Of a DNA stretch of 64,000 nucleotides, positions 50,001 to 61,700 are shown piece after piece. How positions within the stretch are numbered: the stretch's first letter is position 1; every line of letters begins with the position of its first letter. Source of the DNA: Pecten maximus (lineage: Eukaryota); contig NC_047030.1 of assembly GCF_902652985.1 (NCBI RefSeq), positions 4,898,001 through 4,962,000 on the forward strand, in the 5' to 3' direction. Below the pieces are notes generated by a model. It was not told the DNA's origin. It saw nothing but the letters and a program-made list of their open reading frames with translations, and did not search any database. The translations under genes and the position numbers were made by a program.

Positions 50001-52964
50001 GTCATGTTGTCTACTGTAAGTGTGTAATTGATAATAAGAACAACACCAGTAGCCATACACAGACCAACCTTTTTGTTCCAGCTTGTAGAGGCCTGTTGCT
50101 TTGGTGTGGCCGATGCAATAACAAGTGTGTTATCCTTCTTCTTGATTCCTGAAGCTTCATCTAACCAGCTTCCCTGGAACAAAATTTCTTGATTTAAGAT
50201 TTTCAATCAATACCATATTTCTGTTCTGTCAAGAAAACATTTTTTTTTTGTTCTGTCAAGAAAATAATTTGTCTGAAGTTTGTCAGAGCTAGATGTCAGT
50301 AATGTTGGTAAAAACAACTTCAAAGCCACTACCTGGTAGGTATTTTTGTCACTATGTCAGAGAGGAGTTATCATACTTTGTATTTTATGATAGAATGATG
50401 GAATGAATGCTTGTTTTGCTACCAAGTAACTGTGGGTATATTGTTAAACATTGGTAAAGACCACAGGGTATTGTGGGAGACCCAGTGTCCTCAGACCTGT
50501 ACATAACTCATTAAATACAGAACTGTCTCATGACAATTCCGGTATGAATAAAATCTGGGACCGGTGGATTACTAGTCTGAAGCTCTACTTAGCTACAGAA
50601 AACTGCTCATCACAAAACCACTATAGGCTAAAGGGGAATTCCTACAACAGAGCGCAGGTTAGGTGACCATGCTCTCTGCTTTTACATTATATAATCCACA
50701 GAATTCCAAAAGGTGGGTAATAGACATATTCCTATAACACTCTTTCTGAAAAACAAGAAACCCAGATAATACACTGACCACTCTCTCCAGTATCTGGTCG
50801 TTTGCATCAGTCAACACATCAAATTTGTCTTCCAGGTCGAGAACATCTGAACTGCCGTGGGACAGTTTGCCTCTGACGTTCTGATGCTGCATCACATTCT
50901 GCACTCTACAATATACATTGACAGACACATACATATATATATCACTTATCTGCAATAGGCAAAAAATGGGAAAACAATTACAGGCTAGAACCTTACAAGT
51001 ACAGTATCACTCAAGACTGCAGGAAAATCAAACTAAGTAGACATTGTGCACATAAATAAATATATAATTATAAAAGTCAACAAAAAACATTGAATTGATT
51101 TCCTTTCTATAAAACGCATACAGACACCTGCACCATTCTTGAAAGAAAGGAGAAATTTTAAGAAACAAATTTTATCAAATAACTAATCTATGAAAAAAAA
51201 AACAGAAACAAAAAACGGTAATTAGTCTTATATTCAATTTTCAATTTGTTTATTAACCTTGAGCTTTAAAATTTACAGCTCATCAGTACAAACATGTATA
51301 ACAATTCATACATTGTTCAGTATATTTCATGTCCTGATAAAACGTACCTCTCTTATATGTATTATGACATCATGATATTATGGTATGTACATAATTATAT
51401 GCAAATGATTTTCAGGAAGAAATTATTTACATTTGAAACATTTAATGAATTCTATAAAAACATCCGATGCAACAATTGGATTTTGGAAATGTGTTGTGAA
51501 TAATAAGGACATTTAACAGACAATTTATAATTATTCAAAATTCAGGTTCAATATATGGGATCTTCCTCCAAATTAGGGAAGATTGTTAAGTTTAAATTGT
51601 TGTTATCAGATTACAAGAAGTAAATAACCTCACACTTATGGTGTTATTCATATTTACATGTGGAGGATTTGTTTCCCTTCTATGTCCAGTATGTCTCTGA
51701 ATCCTTGGAAACTGGAGTAATAATCAAAGTCATCTCCTGCAGCTGGCAATTCATTGGAAGATTTTGTAGCTTGTAGCACAGCACGAAGCGTTTTCTGAAA
51801 CATACAAATCAGTATAACATAAATCACCAGCAGTGAAACAAACTCAACTATGAAAAATAAAAGTCACTGTATTTTATATTTGAACATGTACATAATGGTG
51901 GGTCAACAGTATGAAATTTTGACTAGCGAAAAGCGAGGGTCTATACAGACGGAATAAAACACCTAGATGGCACTAAATGTGTGTTCTGGGGTATAAATAT
52001 CTCATTTATCCATATATGTAAGGTAAGTGTTATGTCACACCCGATTTTACTGTATTTGCACCAAATTCTTAGCGACACCAAACGGTGTTAGATAATTCCA
52101 CGTTTTCACATAGCAGTGCGCTCTGGCCCTACACCAGACATGTTGTCACTCCCAGAGGAATCTCAGGCAAAGCTGTATATAGCTATTGACTATTGTGGTG
52201 GAACACTATTATAGTGAAATCAGGGTTTCTCCCCAACCTGTCTTGCCCGATTAAACGTCTGAAAATATAAACTTCTACACACTAACATCAACTTCATGTC
52301 TGGATAACCTGGCCAAATTTCCTCCAGCCCCTCAAAGCACAGTATATATTTATACTGATAATTACATTTAGGTTCATGATCATATACTGTATAATGTCAG
52401 TTCGTCAAAATGTCTACTGTCTGGTGTTGAGAGCCAGAAGGCATCTGTCCGGTAAAATACTTAAAGCCTTGTAACTGGGCTAGCTCGGGTTAAAATACAG
52501 TACATCTGACGGACATAAAGTAGTGTATACGTAGTTGACCATGATTTTTATGAATTTTATATAAGTTTTCAGATACAGTGTAGATATCTAAAGGGTCAAA
52601 ACATGTAAAATAGAGAAGTCAATTGAAACCCAAAAGTCATATCTGATTTTGGAGAGTCAAAAAATACTCTCGCAGATCTACAGTACAGCTATATAGATGC
52701 CCTTTTGGCTATACATTTAATACAGATCTATCTAGACTGATATTAAAATTGTAGGAGGTCCATGTGATCAAACAGAGCACGTGCAAGGTATCGCAATACA
52801 TCAAACAAAGAATAATTCAACCTAATGTACTTTACATAAGAATTTTTAAGGAAAAACTATCCTTAAGAACACTAAATTACCTGTGTAAATTCTGTAACAT
52901 CTTTTATTCCGGGTAAAAACTCCTCTGTTGTTGCGTTCGTGGATGTTTGCATGGGCGTCGCCAT
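28949..52964 (-). CDS. EXOSC10: Exosome component 10 (Rrp6/PM-Scl100): PMC2NT, DEDDy exonuclease and HRDC domains; 22 coding exons; 852 aa
   Basis: Exons reconstructed with GT-AG sites and matching phases (sum 2559 nt). Motifs: [137 protein letters not shown]. All DEDDy catalytic residues are present. Confidence 0.96.
29371..29444 (-). CDS. EXOSC10: EXOSC10 exon 21
   Basis: [20 protein letters not shown]; AAG|GTGAGT. Confidence 0.85.
29977..30151 (-). CDS. EXOSC10: EXOSC10 exon 20
   Basis: [17 protein letters not shown]. Confidence 0.9.
30310..30838 (-). mobile_element. Same mariner MITE family, copy 2 (in an EXOSC10 intron)
   Basis: Colinear with copy 1; TIRs and TA; retains [13 protein letters not shown]. 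Confidence 0.9.
31061..31143 (-). CDS. EXOSC10: EXOSC10 exon 19
   Basis: [10 protein letters not shown] (NLS-like); phase 1 to 0. Confidence 0.82.
31195..31595. repeat. 59-bp minisatellite, about 6 copies
   Basis: Unit AAGGATACATCCTACTTTGTTTATGAAGTCATGCATCTCCTTCCAAAAGAGTTCCACTT. Confidence 0.93.
31790..31871 (-). CDS. EXOSC10: EXOSC10 exon 18
   Basis: [19 protein letters not shown]. Confidence 0.82.
32540..32970. mobile_element. Non-autonomous palindromic DNA element (family uncertain)
   Basis: Internal inverted repeat GATATGG...TTATTTCACACGAGTAA (about 32570-32596) / TTACTCGTGTGAAATAA...CCATATC (32641-32667). Confidence 0.5.
33027..33104 (-). CDS. EXOSC10: EXOSC10 exon 17
   Basis: TGTAG|TAC (YLP...)...TTG|GTGAGT. 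Confidence 0.82.
33610..33687 (-). CDS. EXOSC10: EXOSC10 exon 16
   Basis: [18 protein letters not shown] (compare human KKAQNIMESFENPFRM, recalled). Confidence 0.85.
33790..34290 (+). mobile_element. Decayed HINE-like element
   Basis: Diverged TTTCATCAAAATCCAT units, GGAT/GAC microsatellite remnant, terminal hairpin remnant. Confidence 0.5.
34349..34458 (-). CDS. EXOSC10: EXOSC10 exon 15
   Basis: TTTTACCAG|AC...AAA|GTGAGT; phase 1 to 0 fits; low-conservation region. Confidence 0.78.
34459..35162. repeat. Minisatellite with units of about 38-42 bp (about 19 copies) whose unit includes the EXOSC10 exon 15 splice acceptor
   Basis: Unit CTGGTAAAACAATATACAGAATCATTATAATCACTCAT. Confidence 0.95.
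35525..39132. repeat. 37-bp satellite-like array, about 97 copies
   Basis: Unit ACTGTCATACCTGAATGTTTCCCAGGAGTTCAGTATT. Confidence 0.98.
39435..39570 (-). CDS. EXOSC10: EXOSC10 exon 14
   Basis: [10 protein letters not shown]; donor G|GTAATA (an alternative in-phase G|GTGATG lies just upstream). Confidence 0.85.
40892..41054 (-). CDS. EXOSC10: EXOSC10 exon 13 (HRDC)
   Basis: [32 protein letters not shown]. Confidence 0.94.
41074..41225. mobile_element. Tigger/pogo-like MITE fragment next to the exon 13 acceptor
   Basis: TACAGTCAAAGCTGCCTTAGCGACCACCTG terminus with an internal GACCACCTG-like repeat. Confidence 0.5.
41931..42079 (-). CDS. EXOSC10: EXOSC10 exon 12 (HRDC start)
   Basis: [26 protein letters not shown]. 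Confidence 0.94.
42328..42484 (-). CDS. EXOSC10: EXOSC10 exon 11
   Basis: [22 protein letters not shown]. Confidence 0.95.
42863..43053 (-). CDS. EXOSC10: EXOSC10 exon 10
   Basis: [15 protein letters not shown]...YQLADWRIR. Confidence 0.95.
43530..44325 (+). mobile_element. Decayed HINE-like elements
   Basis: GTGACCTTG/AAACTTGATCTG cores, GAC/GAT microsatellite, terminal hairpin remnants. Confidence 0.45.
44537..44680 (-). CDS. EXOSC10: EXOSC10 exon 9
   Basis: [27 protein letters not shown]...FTDPNIVK. Confidence 0.95.
45369..45479 (-). CDS. EXOSC10: EXOSC10 exon 8
   Basis: DDTPLTMV...AVAVDLE (ExoI D/E). Confidence 0.93.
45769..45844 (-). CDS. EXOSC10: EXOSC10 exon 7
   Basis: [14 protein letters not shown]. 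Confidence 0.92.
45898..46275. repeat. 22-23-bp AT-rich minisatellite, about 16 copies
   Basis: Unit CAAAATACATAATGTAATGTAT(A). Confidence 0.95.
46658..46715 (-). CDS. EXOSC10: EXOSC10 exon 6
   Basis: TATAG|AC...CT|GTAAGT; needed to restore phase 1 to 2. Confidence 0.78.
47055..49362. repeat. 23-bp minisatellite, about 100 copies
   Basis: Unit GGGACCTTAGTCTCCAGTACAAT with CCAT/CAAC variants. Confidence 0.98.
49410..49569 (-). CDS. EXOSC10: EXOSC10 exon 5
   Basis: [39 protein letters not shown]. Confidence 0.92.
50069..50173 (-). CDS. EXOSC10: EXOSC10 exon 4
   Basis: GSWLDEASG...TSWNKK. Confidence 0.92.
50779..50905 (-). CDS. EXOSC10: EXOSC10 exon 3
   Basis: [19 protein letters not shown]. 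Confidence 0.92.
51658..51794 (-). CDS. EXOSC10: EXOSC10 exon 2
   Basis: [32 protein letters not shown]. Confidence 0.92.
52881..52964 (-). CDS. EXOSC10: EXOSC10 exon 1
   Basis: CAAG ATG GCG; MATPMQ...[13 protein letters not shown]; CAG|GTAATT. Confidence 0.85.
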
Positions 52965-53515
52965 CTTGAATGCAACAGGTAAAGCTATGCCACATATATA
53001 TCTGTTTAGTTTCGAATTTTGTTGGTGGGGAATTCAAATTCACCATGCCATGCAGATTTCGCCCCTCGGCAGAGACAAACTCAATGTCTGATTTATTTCT
53101 ATTGCTAACCATGAAAACAAATCCTTGAATACATATTATTAAAATTAGCAAGAAATTCACTCTGGACTCTAGATCTACAAATCATATTTCACCAGGCATC
53201 TCGGGTGAAACTTGTAGAAATCTATGTTATAACTGACCGTGTGTAGACTAAATTTCTGGGTTAATAGCACCGACAAGAAACTAAATACCGAAAACAACTT
53301 TACCGTATACCAGAGTATTCTATATCTGGCATGACTGCCATAGTACAAAAGTACGTCAGAACATAGAGGACATATATCCTGGTTACTGAAATAAAATAAA
53401 CAGGCGAAATGTTTTGTATATATCCTCTATTACTATTCTAATTGCTGAAATTAAACGTAAGCGAAAATACTGGTCATTGCAGTAAAACCCACATACCTGT
53501 ACACCGCGATATTCA

Positions 53516-53553
53516 GGGGGGGGGGGGGGGTGGGGGGGGGGGGGGGGGGGGGG
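53516..53553 (+). repeat. Poly-G tract (about 37 G, one T)
   Basis: Directly visible. Confidence 0.9.
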
Positions 53554-56500
53554 TACATTTATACCAATCGCGAAATTAGGTTAAAGAGAAAATCCTCACT
53601 GTATAAACTGTATACCATATACTGAATACCAAATAAGGACAATTAAACAGTAGAATATTTTGGGTGATATAAGGCAATGTTTCAAAACTAAACACTGTAT
53701 CACGAATGGTACGAACATACGCATTGGTTAGTATAGCTTGTCACAATAGATCATTACCACCTGCATCTAATTAATATGTCCAGGTACGAGGGGCTCAACA
53801 TATCGAGATTAAAAAAAATGTTTGTGTGCTAAAATAAATGTTCTATGGCTATCATAATCGCGAAAAGTAAGCAGTATATTCTGTCACGCAGGGACTTGGC
53901 ATGAATTCAAGGTCACACATACTCGCATGTTGAGCCTGTGTTTAATTTTTGAGACAAGGCTTTTCCATATTTGAACCTCCCGTTTACGCTAATTCATCTT
54001 CACGCTGATAAATCATATTTTACATTTTTCTGTGTTTGCGCTAAAATTTGACTGCGCTAAAATAAGTACAATTACACTATACATGAACAGTGGGCTGGGA
54101 ATTCGTGCCAAGCCCATGTGCTTCGTCACACTACATCAGAAACACCTATGATTTGAATGAAGAATTAATAGCTAAAAATAGACAACTGAAATATTTCCGT
54201 GTCATGATGTACATTGTGAATGTTCTATGACTACAATCGCGAGAATTAAGCGAAGAATAGTCGTCTCTGCAGTATACGCTGTATATATACGGAATCACAA
54301 GTCCTTCATACTTGTTTAAGACGCAACAATTAGAAAATAGAATATTGTATGTGCTTTAATGCAATGTTCTGCCAACCGCGGAAATTCAGAGCAAACGAAA
54401 TCATTAACTTTTGCACTATACCCTGTCACAATTTACCATGAACACCTAGATACAATTTTAATGAAAACTAAGTTCATGTGTGGTGTATAATGTATGTTTT
54501 GCTATATTGTACTTTATTGCATGACTATATACCTACACGAATCGCGAAATTTAGCGAAAGCGAAAATGCTCGCGTTTGCAGTATGCCCTGTCAAAAACAC
54601 AATTGTTATAACGGACACGTTAATTTGTGCAAGAATCAACAGCTTAAAAGTAAACTGCTTTGAATAGATAAAGAATAAATTTGTGGTATAATGTATGTTC
54701 TATAACGGTAACCGTAACCACGAGAATTACGGTAAGCGAAGTTACTCGTCTTTGCAGTATACTCTGATCAGGACGTAGTTAACATCGTGTGCATACACTG
54801 ATTAAAACGTAATACACAAACATATTTAGTATGAAATGACATTGTTGGTGGAATGTAACAGGAAGTTTGTACTTGGGTCAGGGAAGTAGTGAGGAATATA
54901 CGGTGGCTTTACCAGCGAGGTTTGTGGACATGTTAGTTTATAACCGACTGTAAGAAATGGAGCAGAGTCCCAAGGTAAGATCACGTGCATGGGGACGGAC
55001 ACTAGGGATTGCATGTGGGGATGCACGTGTACGTGCGTGGGGAGTATATATCGCATGAAGTGGAGATGGTGTATGTGGGACCATTGATAGGCAGGTTGAT
55101 TCTTGTGGACTGACAATGAGATATGTCGGGTCTCAATGCTGGGGTATTGTTAGAGGTGGGGTGAGGGTTATTGATACAATCATTATAATAGGGGCCTGAA
55201 AAACAGTGTAGTGGGAAGTGTACCGATCCTGACGAGTGTCTAGCCTATATAATAGACGTTTTAGAATGTTAGAATTAACTCACGTTAAAAATACGTCAAT
55301 CAGGGAGCGAAAGCTAGGACGCCGAGTGTGAATAGCTGTTGAAACGGAAGTAAAGACGTTTACGTAGAGGCTGAATAGGGGTAGATCGAGACAACAGCTA
55401 GTGAGTTCACCGGGTACATGCTTTTAAATGATATATACAATAATATATTTCGAAAGGAACTTCGATTATCTACTCGGGCATGGATAGCATGCTCGTGTAA
55501 AGAACGTGTATATATGCACCATACACAATACACACATGCTAACTTGGACTCGGTAACTGTAAATATACAGACTTTGTTTTTTTAGAATTACGCCCAACGT
55601 AAACTGAAGCTCGGCTTGGGAAAGGTGTTCCATTAATCATCGAGGCACTGAGCATCACCCTCCCCATTAAATGAAATAACAGGCCGTGTTGTCGTGTAAG
55701 CCTGTTTTGAGCAGATCCGGAAGACATGGCGCTTACGACCGGTGTTACTCTTTTTCACCCACTTGCCTATTGTTATGTTAGAAGCCGGATACTTTGGAGT
55801 ATCTAGAATTACCGTATATATGTTAATTTTTCTACTGCTCACTTTTAGTGTCACCGAAGTTATCAATTTAATTGTTCTCAGCACAGGGGCTTGACACGTT
55901 CCTACGAACCAGTAAATAACCCCAGGGTCCGACATCTATATCACGTATTATTGACAATGATATGTGGTCTAAGGGTCGGACCCCAGTGTTAATTATCCAT
56001 TCTGGGTCATAAAATGTGTCAAGAACCTGTGGTTCTTTGTTAGAACAAAATATATACTTATATAGAAAAAGCAGATCAGTATTTGCCTTCCAACATACGT
56101 GTTCAAATGACATTAAGAATCAATTGTTAAGGAAGAGATCTATTTCAAGTCCCATATCACGAAACCATATTCCGGATTGCCTTGCACATTTTTTAACAAA
56201 TAGAGGTGCGTGTTTGAATGACATGATTCTTCTTAAGACAGGATTTAGATATCACGCAAACAAAACGTGTTTTTGTCCCATCAAATAGACATTTAAAAAG
56301 ACCAACGCAACAGGCCTACATCATCACTCCACTCTGTATAATACTCCATCTCGCCGCCGTGACAGAACATGTTGTTTACATCACAACATCTGGTCGTTAT
56401 AATAGTTCCATGCCTGGTGTCGTTAACGTATGTTCAATGCTGTATTAACATAGGTATTGTTTACATCTTCGGACAACGAACAATACACTCCTCGTCCACA

Positions 56501-57419
56501 TTGTATAGGAATTTTAAAAGAAAAAACAATAAAAAAAACAGTCGTCTTGAAAAGCAAGCTAAAAAAAACCCATACTTTTAACTGTAAATTTCGTTAAGTT
56601 GATAATGCTTTCTGTAGACTTAGAATGGCATTATGAACACGGGTAACAATACACATCTTATGTAGCATGAGTCGTACACTGTTATTCCACGTGTGTGAAC
56701 TCCTTACACACGTGACAGACAATTTCTGTACGCAGGGATCGGAGAGTACGACTTTGTACTAAACTTATCATAATCTCATGTGTCGGTAATAGATCCATTA
56801 CACGTCTACCCAAGCCCAACACGTTATAATTGCGTACTCTCGTGAAGGAAGTGTATTTGTGTTGCTTACGTTATTTCCTTATTTATGAAAAGTGCTGACT
56901 GCTCCCGACAAAGGGGATTGGCACAGTGGCGTAGCTACCATGCTTGCCTTTTTTTTTCTCCGACAAATATTATAAATAATTTAAACGACCACAATTATGC
57001 AAAGTAATTTTTTATTACAACGTACATCTAATTTGTTTGAATACAATGCATTTTTATAACAAATTGGAACTTTCGCAATTTTTGATAGGATATTGCGTGC
57101 CAATTTAATGCAACAATTTTTTGTACAAATTGGGACGTACGTGACAGGATATTGCCCGTCAAAAAATTATGGGAATTATTATAACATTTTAGCTCAATTT
57201 CCAATCCTATATGTATTCATGATTTGTATTGTGATGTTGTGTGTATGTGTGTGAATATTAATGAAATATTGGTTAACTGAAAATGTTGTAACAATTGTCC
57301 AGTCTTTGTCACAAAAGTAGCTGTAACAAATTGTCATTATCCTGCCAAGTACCGTATTTAACCACACATAAACCCTTGTCCACAACTAAGTCGCCTTCAT
57401 TTTGTAGAATCGTCTGTTT

Positions 57420-58420
57420 TAAATAGCATAATGGGCCTCTTGTTAAATCTGGCATTCATCCATTGTTTTGGTCACAATTAGGATCTCTTGTTCCAGTCTT
57501 TAAGAAAGGCTATATGAATATTATTAATGATACCAACAGTTATAGGGCATTGCACTAGTCAGTTGTATATGAATTAAAAGCTTTTTGCTTATCTCCTTAA
57601 CAATAGATTGGCCGAGTTTGATAAAAGCTTTAGTAAGATCCCTGATGCTGGGTAGACTGTCTACATTTAATCCAATTTTCGGCCTGCAGCCTTAATAGAG
57701 CGTTAAAACACAAAATAGACCCTATTGTAATTTCATAAACTATCGGAAAGCGTTCGATTTTGTAAATCGCCAAAACTTATGGTATGAATTAATTAGCGAA
57801 GGAATTAATGGGAAAATAATGAATTTAATCAGATCTCTGTATACGAATGTGAAATGGTGTGATAGATTGAATAATTTCTCTCGGTTTTTATTGTGAAAAT
57901 GGGTTATTTTAGGATCTACCTATTATCGAAATCCAAATGATAAATATATTAATTTTAATGTACGCCGTCGTCATGGTGATAATTATCAGAAACTCCCGAA
58001 GGATTACAAGTTGTTAGACTCCTTACCAAAATACACACAGAATTGGGATATCACATTGTACTTCAAAAAATAGTTATATTCCATAATGGTGGAACTGCCA
58101 GAGCAAATTAATCAATAGTATATATTAGCTATGTGTCATAAATGTTCAATTGATTGGATTATATCTTGGAATATTGCTAAATTACAATGTAAAATTCAGT
58201 AAAACTCAACAGAGGGTAGCCGAACAAGGGGAAGCCTTATTTGTAATAATGGAAGTATGTCGTAGTAACTTTTTAAATCCTGCAACACGGTTTCTGATAC
58301 ATAGGTGAATAGAATACTCACTAGTGAATCTGAAATGAAGGCGCTGCATAAATCACCCTATGTGGGGAAAGTTTGTTTATATTTCTTCTGTAAGATGTCA
58401 CACAATGTTCGTAAATTACC
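57420..58420 (+). pseudogene. Decayed non-LTR retrotransposon reverse transcriptase
   Basis: Broken frames encode LVPVFKKG...DTNSYR.IALVSC...KLF..LLNNRL and YRKAFDFVNRQNLWYELISEGINGKIMNLIRSLYTNVK. Confidence 0.85.
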
Positions 58421-58742
58421 CCTAATTGTATGGTTTATTTTGAACTTGGTAGATATCTGGGAAACTAGAATTAAATATGAGAGTCACACAGTAAATTTCA
58501 TAAAAACATTTACTCCTCACTGTTGGTGTCCCAGCTCAAACACATGGCTAATTAATAGAAAACACCATTTCCATCTTAAGCAATGATACTGAATTACTTC
58601 AAAATTGGTGTCATGAAACACACCAATGTCAACACAGAGCAAAACTGAAGTTATATAAATAGGAACATCACATCGAAAATGTAGACAAACTGAACAGCTT
58701 TCTGTCTTTATAAATGGCACCAAAATAGAAAATGTGGAGCAA

Positions 58743-61700
58743 GAATGTTTATCTTGGGGTCATTATAGACGAATGTTTATCTTGGGGTCACTATAGACGA
58801 ATGTTTATCTTGAGGTCACTCCATATAGACAAATGTTAATAATCCTGGGGTAACTATAGACGAATGTTTATCTTGAGGTCAATATAGACGAATAGTTTAT
58901 CTTGGGGTCACTATAGACGAATGCTTATTTTGGAGTCACTATAGACGAATGTTTATCTTGGGGTCACTATAGACGAATAGTTTATCTTGGGGTCACTATA
59001 GACAAATGTTTATCCTGAGGTCACTATAGACGAATGTTTATCTTGGGGTCACTATAGCCGAATGTTTTGTTTGGGGTCACTATAGGCGAATGTTTATCTT
59101 GGGGTCACTATAGACGAATGCTTATCTAGGGGTTATAGTAGACGAATATTAATATTTGGGTTACTATAGACGAATGTTTATCTTGGAGTCACTATAGACG
59201 AATGTTTATCTTGGGGTTACTATAGACGAATGTTTATCTTTGGGTCTCTCAAGACGAATGTTTATCTTGGGGACACTATAGACGAATGTTTATCCTGAGG
59301 TCACTATAGACGAATGTTTATCTTGGGGTCACTATAGCCGAATGTTTAGTTTGGGGTCACTATAGGCGAATGTTTATCTTGGGGTCACTATAGACGAATG
59401 TTTATCTTGGGGTCACTATAGACGAATGTTTATCTTTGGGTCAGTATAGAGGAATGTTTATCTTGGGGTCACTATAGACGAATGTTTATCTTGGGGTTAC
59501 TATAGACGAATGTTTATCTTTGGGTCTCTAAAGACGAATGTGTATCTTGGGGTCACTATAGACGAATGTTTATCTTGGGGTTACTATAGACGAATGTTTA
59601 TCTTGGGGTCACTATAGACGAATGTTTATCTTTGGGTCACTATAGAGTATAGACGAATGTTTATCTTGGGGTCACTATAGGCGAATGTTTATCTTGGTCG
59701 CTATAGACGAATGTTTATCTTGGTGTCACTATAGGCGAATGTTTATCTTGTTCACTATAGACGAATGTTTATCTTGGGGTCACTATAGACGAATGTTTAT
59801 CTTGTTCACTATAGACGAATGTTGATCTTGGTCGCTATAGACGAATGTTTATCTTGGATTCACCATAGACAAATGTTTATCTTGGGGTCACTATAGACGA
59901 ATGTTTATCTTTGGGTCACTACAGACGAATGTCTATCTTGGTGTTGCTATAGACAAATGTTTATCTTTTGGTCAGTATACGCAAATGATTATCTTTGGGT
60001 CAGTATAGAGGAATGTTTATCTTGGGGTTACTATAGACGAATGTTTATCTTTGGGTCTCTAAAGACGAATGTGTATCTTGGGGACACTATAGACGAATGT
60101 TTATCTTGGTGTCACTATAGACGAATGTTTATCTTGGGGTCATTATAGGCGAATTTTTATCTTGTTCACTATAGACGAATGTTTATCTTGGTCGCTATAG
60201 ACGAATGTTTATCTTGGATTCACCATAGACGAATGTTTATCTTGGTTGCTATAGACGAATGTTTATCTTCGGGTCACTATCGGCGAATGTTTATCTTGGG
60301 GTCACTATAGACAAATGTTTATCTTGGGGTTACTATAGACGAATGTTTATCTTGGGGTCACTATAGACGAATGTTTATCTTGGGGTCACTATAGACGAAT
60401 GTTTATCTTGGAGTTACTATAGACGAATGTTTATCTTTGGGTCTCTAAAGACGAATGTGTATCTTGGGGTCACTATAGACGAATGTTTATCTTGGGTTAC
60501 TATAGACGAATGTTTATCTTGGGGTCACTATAGACGAATGTTTATCTTTGGGTCACTATAGAGTATAGACGAATGTTTATCTTGGGGTCACTATAGGCGA
60601 ATGTTTATCTTGGTCGCTATAGACGAATGTTTATCTTGGGTTACTATAGACGAATGTTTATCTTGGGGTCACTATAGACGAATGTTTATCTTTGGGTCAC
60701 TATAGAGTATAGACGAATGTTTATCTTGGGGTCACTATAGGCGAATGTTTATCTTGGTCACTATAGACGAATGTTTATCTTGGGGTCACTATAGGCGAAT
60801 GTTTATCTTGTTCACTATAGACGAATGTTTATCTTGGGGTCACTATAGACGAATGTTTATCCTGAGGTCACTATAGACAAATGTTTATCTTGGCCGCTAT
60901 AGACGAATGTTTATCTTGGATTCACCATAGACGAATGTTTGTCTTGGTTGCTATAGACGAATGTTTATCTTCGGGTCACTATCGGCGAATGTTTATCTTG
61001 GGGTCACTATAGACAAATGTTTATCTTGGGGTTACTATAGACGAATGTTTATCTTGGGGTCACTATAGACGAATGTTTATCTTGGGGTCACTATAGACGA
61101 ATGTTTATCTTGGGGTCACTATAGACGAATGTTTATCTTGGGGTTACTATAGACGAATGTTTATCTTTGGGTCTCTAAAGACGAATGTGTATCTTGGGGT
61201 CACTATAGACGAATGTTTATCTTGGGGTTACTATAGACGAATGTTTATCTTGAGGTCACTATAGACGAATGTTTATCTTTGGGTCACTATAGAGTATAGA
61301 CGAATGTTTATCTTGGGGTCACTATAGGCGAATGTTTATCTTGGTCACTATAGACGAATGTTTATCTTGGGGTCACTATAGGCGAATGTTTATCTTGTTC
61401 ACTATAGACGAATGTTTATCTTGGGGTCACTATAGACGAATGTTTATCCTGAGGTCACTATAGACGAATGTTTATCTTTGGGTCACTATAGACGAATGTT
61501 TATCCTGAGGTCACTATAGACAAATGTTTATCTTGGCCGCTATAGACGAATGTTTATCTTGGATTCACCATAGGCAAATGTTTATCTTGGGGTCACTATA
61601 GACGAATGTTTATCTTTGGGTCACTACAGACGAATGTCTATCTTGGTGTTGCTATAGACAAATGTTTATCTTTTGGTCAGTATACGCGAATGATTATCTT

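Noticed and set aside
55229-55270. CTGACGA followed by a hairpin (also near 3617) as hammerhead candidates
   Set aside because: No GAAA after stem II.
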